This document shows positions 61,766-64,000 of a stretch of 64,000 nucleotides of DNA, piece after piece. The stretch lies in NCBI GenBank assembly GCA_001643675.2, contig LSRY02000012.1, positions 930,001 through 994,000 on the forward strand, given 5' to 3'. The translations under genes were made by a program, and so were the position numbers. The DNA comes from Monocercomonoides exilis PA203. Its lineage: Eukaryota; Protista; Preaxostyla. Below the pieces are notes generated by a model. It saw only the letters and a list, made by a program, of their open reading frames with translations, ran no database searches and was not told where the DNA came from. Positions within the stretch are counted from its first letter, which is position 1, and every line of letters begins with the position of its first letter.

Positions 61766-62215
61766 CAGTCAAAACCGGATATAATCACATCGAATACAAT
61801 CACATTCGTTTAAAGTCACATTTTCACATGCACCGACATTTTTAGCTAATTTTTCATTCATTTTTCATCGAATATAATCACAGGGCTGAAAATATATAAT
61901 CACATTTTTAATTATAATGGGTGATTTTTTCAATGAAAAATCGTTTTTTTGATCAAAAATTTGAATTTTTTGATTTTTCAGAAATATGCTCAAATAAGTC
62001 TGTATTATGTGTATTTATGTCCAAAATTGTAAAAACAAGTGAAAAAAGTGTGTTTGTGCAGAATTTCCAAAAATAAAAAATTTGACCCTTAATTAATTAA
62101 TGGAAAAATTAATTTTTATTTTTTTCTGTGATAAGTCACATCGCTTATAATCACAATCGGATATAGTCACAAAAAGTCGTGCAAAAACCGATGTGATTAT
62201 ATCCGGTTTTGACTG
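61766..62215. mobile_element. MITE (450 bp) with perfect 27-bp TIRs and TA target-site duplication; pogo/Tc1-mariner type
   Basis: TA|CAGTCAAAACCGGATATAATCACATCG ... CGATGTGATTATATCCGGTTTTGACTG|TA, non-coding interior, several internal copies of a TATAATCACA-like motif. Confidence 0.9.
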
Positions 62216-63154
62216 TATCATTGATATAATAACATTATGTTGTGTGACATCACATGTATTTCAAAAAATAAACCCATTTTTTTCAAATTTTTTGATCACA
62301 AAAAGATCATCTCAGATGCATAATTTTTCAGTGAAAATGCCTGAAGTCTAATATTTTGTCCCATATGAAAATGAAAAGGATTTTAATATGAGAAGTGGAA
62401 CTTGAAGTGGAAAACACATTTTTTTGTCCTGTTTATTTACAAAATGCAAGATTTTGACACTCGTTTGACGAACTTATTCAGAAAAAAACAGTTTGTTCCC
62501 TTGAAAATAATAAACAACAATCTTTTGTTCATATAAAAAATTATTGCAACCAAGAAAATGGTAATTTTTTCCGAAAATAATTGGCTGATCCTTTTTGAAA
62601 TCTAACTTTCGTTCGAGTTTTGATCAAATTTTTTTTCTCAATGGGATTTAGAAAAAAAATTGTTTCTGCAATAACTGCATCATAAATAATAAGTATTTTC
62701 AATTCAAACTCAATTTTTCAAAATCCCATTGAGAAAAAAAATTTGATCAAAACTCGAACGAAAGTTAGATTTCAAAAAGGATCAGCCAATTATTTTCGGA
62801 AAAAATTACCATTTTCTTGGTTGCAATAATTTTTTATATGAACAAAAGATTGTTGTTTATTATTTTCAAGGGAACAAACTGTTTTTTTCTGAATAAGTTC
62901 GTCAAACGAGTGTCAAAATCTTGCATTTTGTAAATAAACAGGACAAAAAAATGTGTTTTCCACTTCAAGTTCCACTTCTCATATTAAAATCCTTTTCATT
63001 TTCATATGGGACAAAATATTAGACTTCAGGCATTTTCACTGAAAAATTATGCATCTGAGATGATCTTTTTGTGATCAAAAAATTTGAAAAAAATGGGTTT
63101 ATTTTTTGAAATACATGTGATGTCACACAACATAATGTTATTATATCAATGATA

Positions 63155-63604
63155 CAGTCAAAACCGGATATAATCACATCGGTTTTTGCACGACTTTTTG
63201 TGACTATATCCGATTGTGATTATAAGCGATGTGACTTATCACAGAAAAAAATAAAAATTAATTTTTCCATTAATTAATTAAGGGTCAAATTTTTTATTTT
63301 TGGAAATTCTGCACAAACACACTTTTTTCACTTGTTTTTACAATTTTGGACATAAATACACATAATACAGACTTATTTGAGCATATTTCTGAAAAATCAA
63401 AAAATAAAAATTTTTGATCAAAAAAACGATTTTTCATTGAAAAAACCACCCATTATAATTAAAAATGTGATTATATATTTTCAGCCCTGTGATTATATTC
63501 GATGAAAAATGAATGAAAAATTAGCTAAAAATGTCGGTGCATGTGAAAATGTGACTTTAAACGAATGTGATTGTATTCGATGTGATTATATCCGGTTTTG
63601 ACTG
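63155..63604. mobile_element. Mirror copy of the 450-bp MITE in the right palindrome arm
   Basis: Same 27-bp TIRs and TA flanks; reverse complement of 61766-62215. Confidence 0.9.
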
Positions 63605-64000
63605 TATTTGCTTGCAGATATGAAAATCAAATTTATTTTGAAATCTGGTTAAGTTTAAAAATGTTATAAGTTAAACAATTTTTCCATGCTTTATGCATAA
63701 AAAGCTTGAAAGTCCGTATTTTCCCCCATATCGTGATTGTAATTGAAATAACATTTTTTTCTTTCAAAAATTGGGAGATATATTTCTCTTCAGGCATTTT
63801 CATTGAAAAAATTATACACTTTTCGTTGACGTTTTAAGAACAAAAAACACAATAAAAATGAGTTCATTTTTTGACATTCGTGAAATGTCATAATTCTTTA
63901 TGTTTTGATATCGATGATGCCTGTTTCAGGATATGAAAATTAAATTTATTTAATAATCTGAGAAAGCGTAATAAAGTTATAAGTGAAGCAATTTTTCAAT

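Larger units (their letters stand above)
61370..64000. repeat. Giant near-perfect inverted repeat (palindrome): arms of at least 1280 bp, ~71-bp spacer, truncated by the window end
   Basis: Position i pairs with 125370-i from 61370/64000 inward to 62649/62721; spacer 62650-62720. I spotted only about 3 mismatches (near 61924 and 61963-61964). Confidence 0.95.

Overview
This is eukaryotic genomic DNA from an intron-containing, flagellated protist. It uses the standard code (TAA/TGA stops), has AT-rich intergenic DNA and short GT-AG introns, and encodes proteins inflated by poly-Ser and E/K/R tracts. That style resembles the oxymonad Monocercomonoides, which is my inference and not a database result. 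From 1 to 44.3 kb the window is gene-dense: a 5'-truncated PF6/SPAG17-like central-pair protein, a PNUTS/PPP1R10-like protein, NAA20, RIC1, EFL1, a kinesin-8, a short USE1-like SNARE, an unusual LRR protein with about 10 'DVFSRWG...PAWK + charged helix' modules, and a low-complexity protein. Several of these genes are spliced and only partly visible in the ORF track, so I reconstructed the exons by hand; 11 of 16 introns begin GTTTG. From 44.3 to 64 kb the window is accessory and repeat-rich: a TA-flanked fold-back MITE, possible pogo-like transposase relics, a three-repeat surface protein with two compensating frameshifts, a decayed ARM-like gene, and a near-perfect palindrome of at least 2.6 kb (centre ~62685, running off the window end) whose arms each hold a second TA-flanked MITE. 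Family assignments come from remembered motifs; no searches were run.
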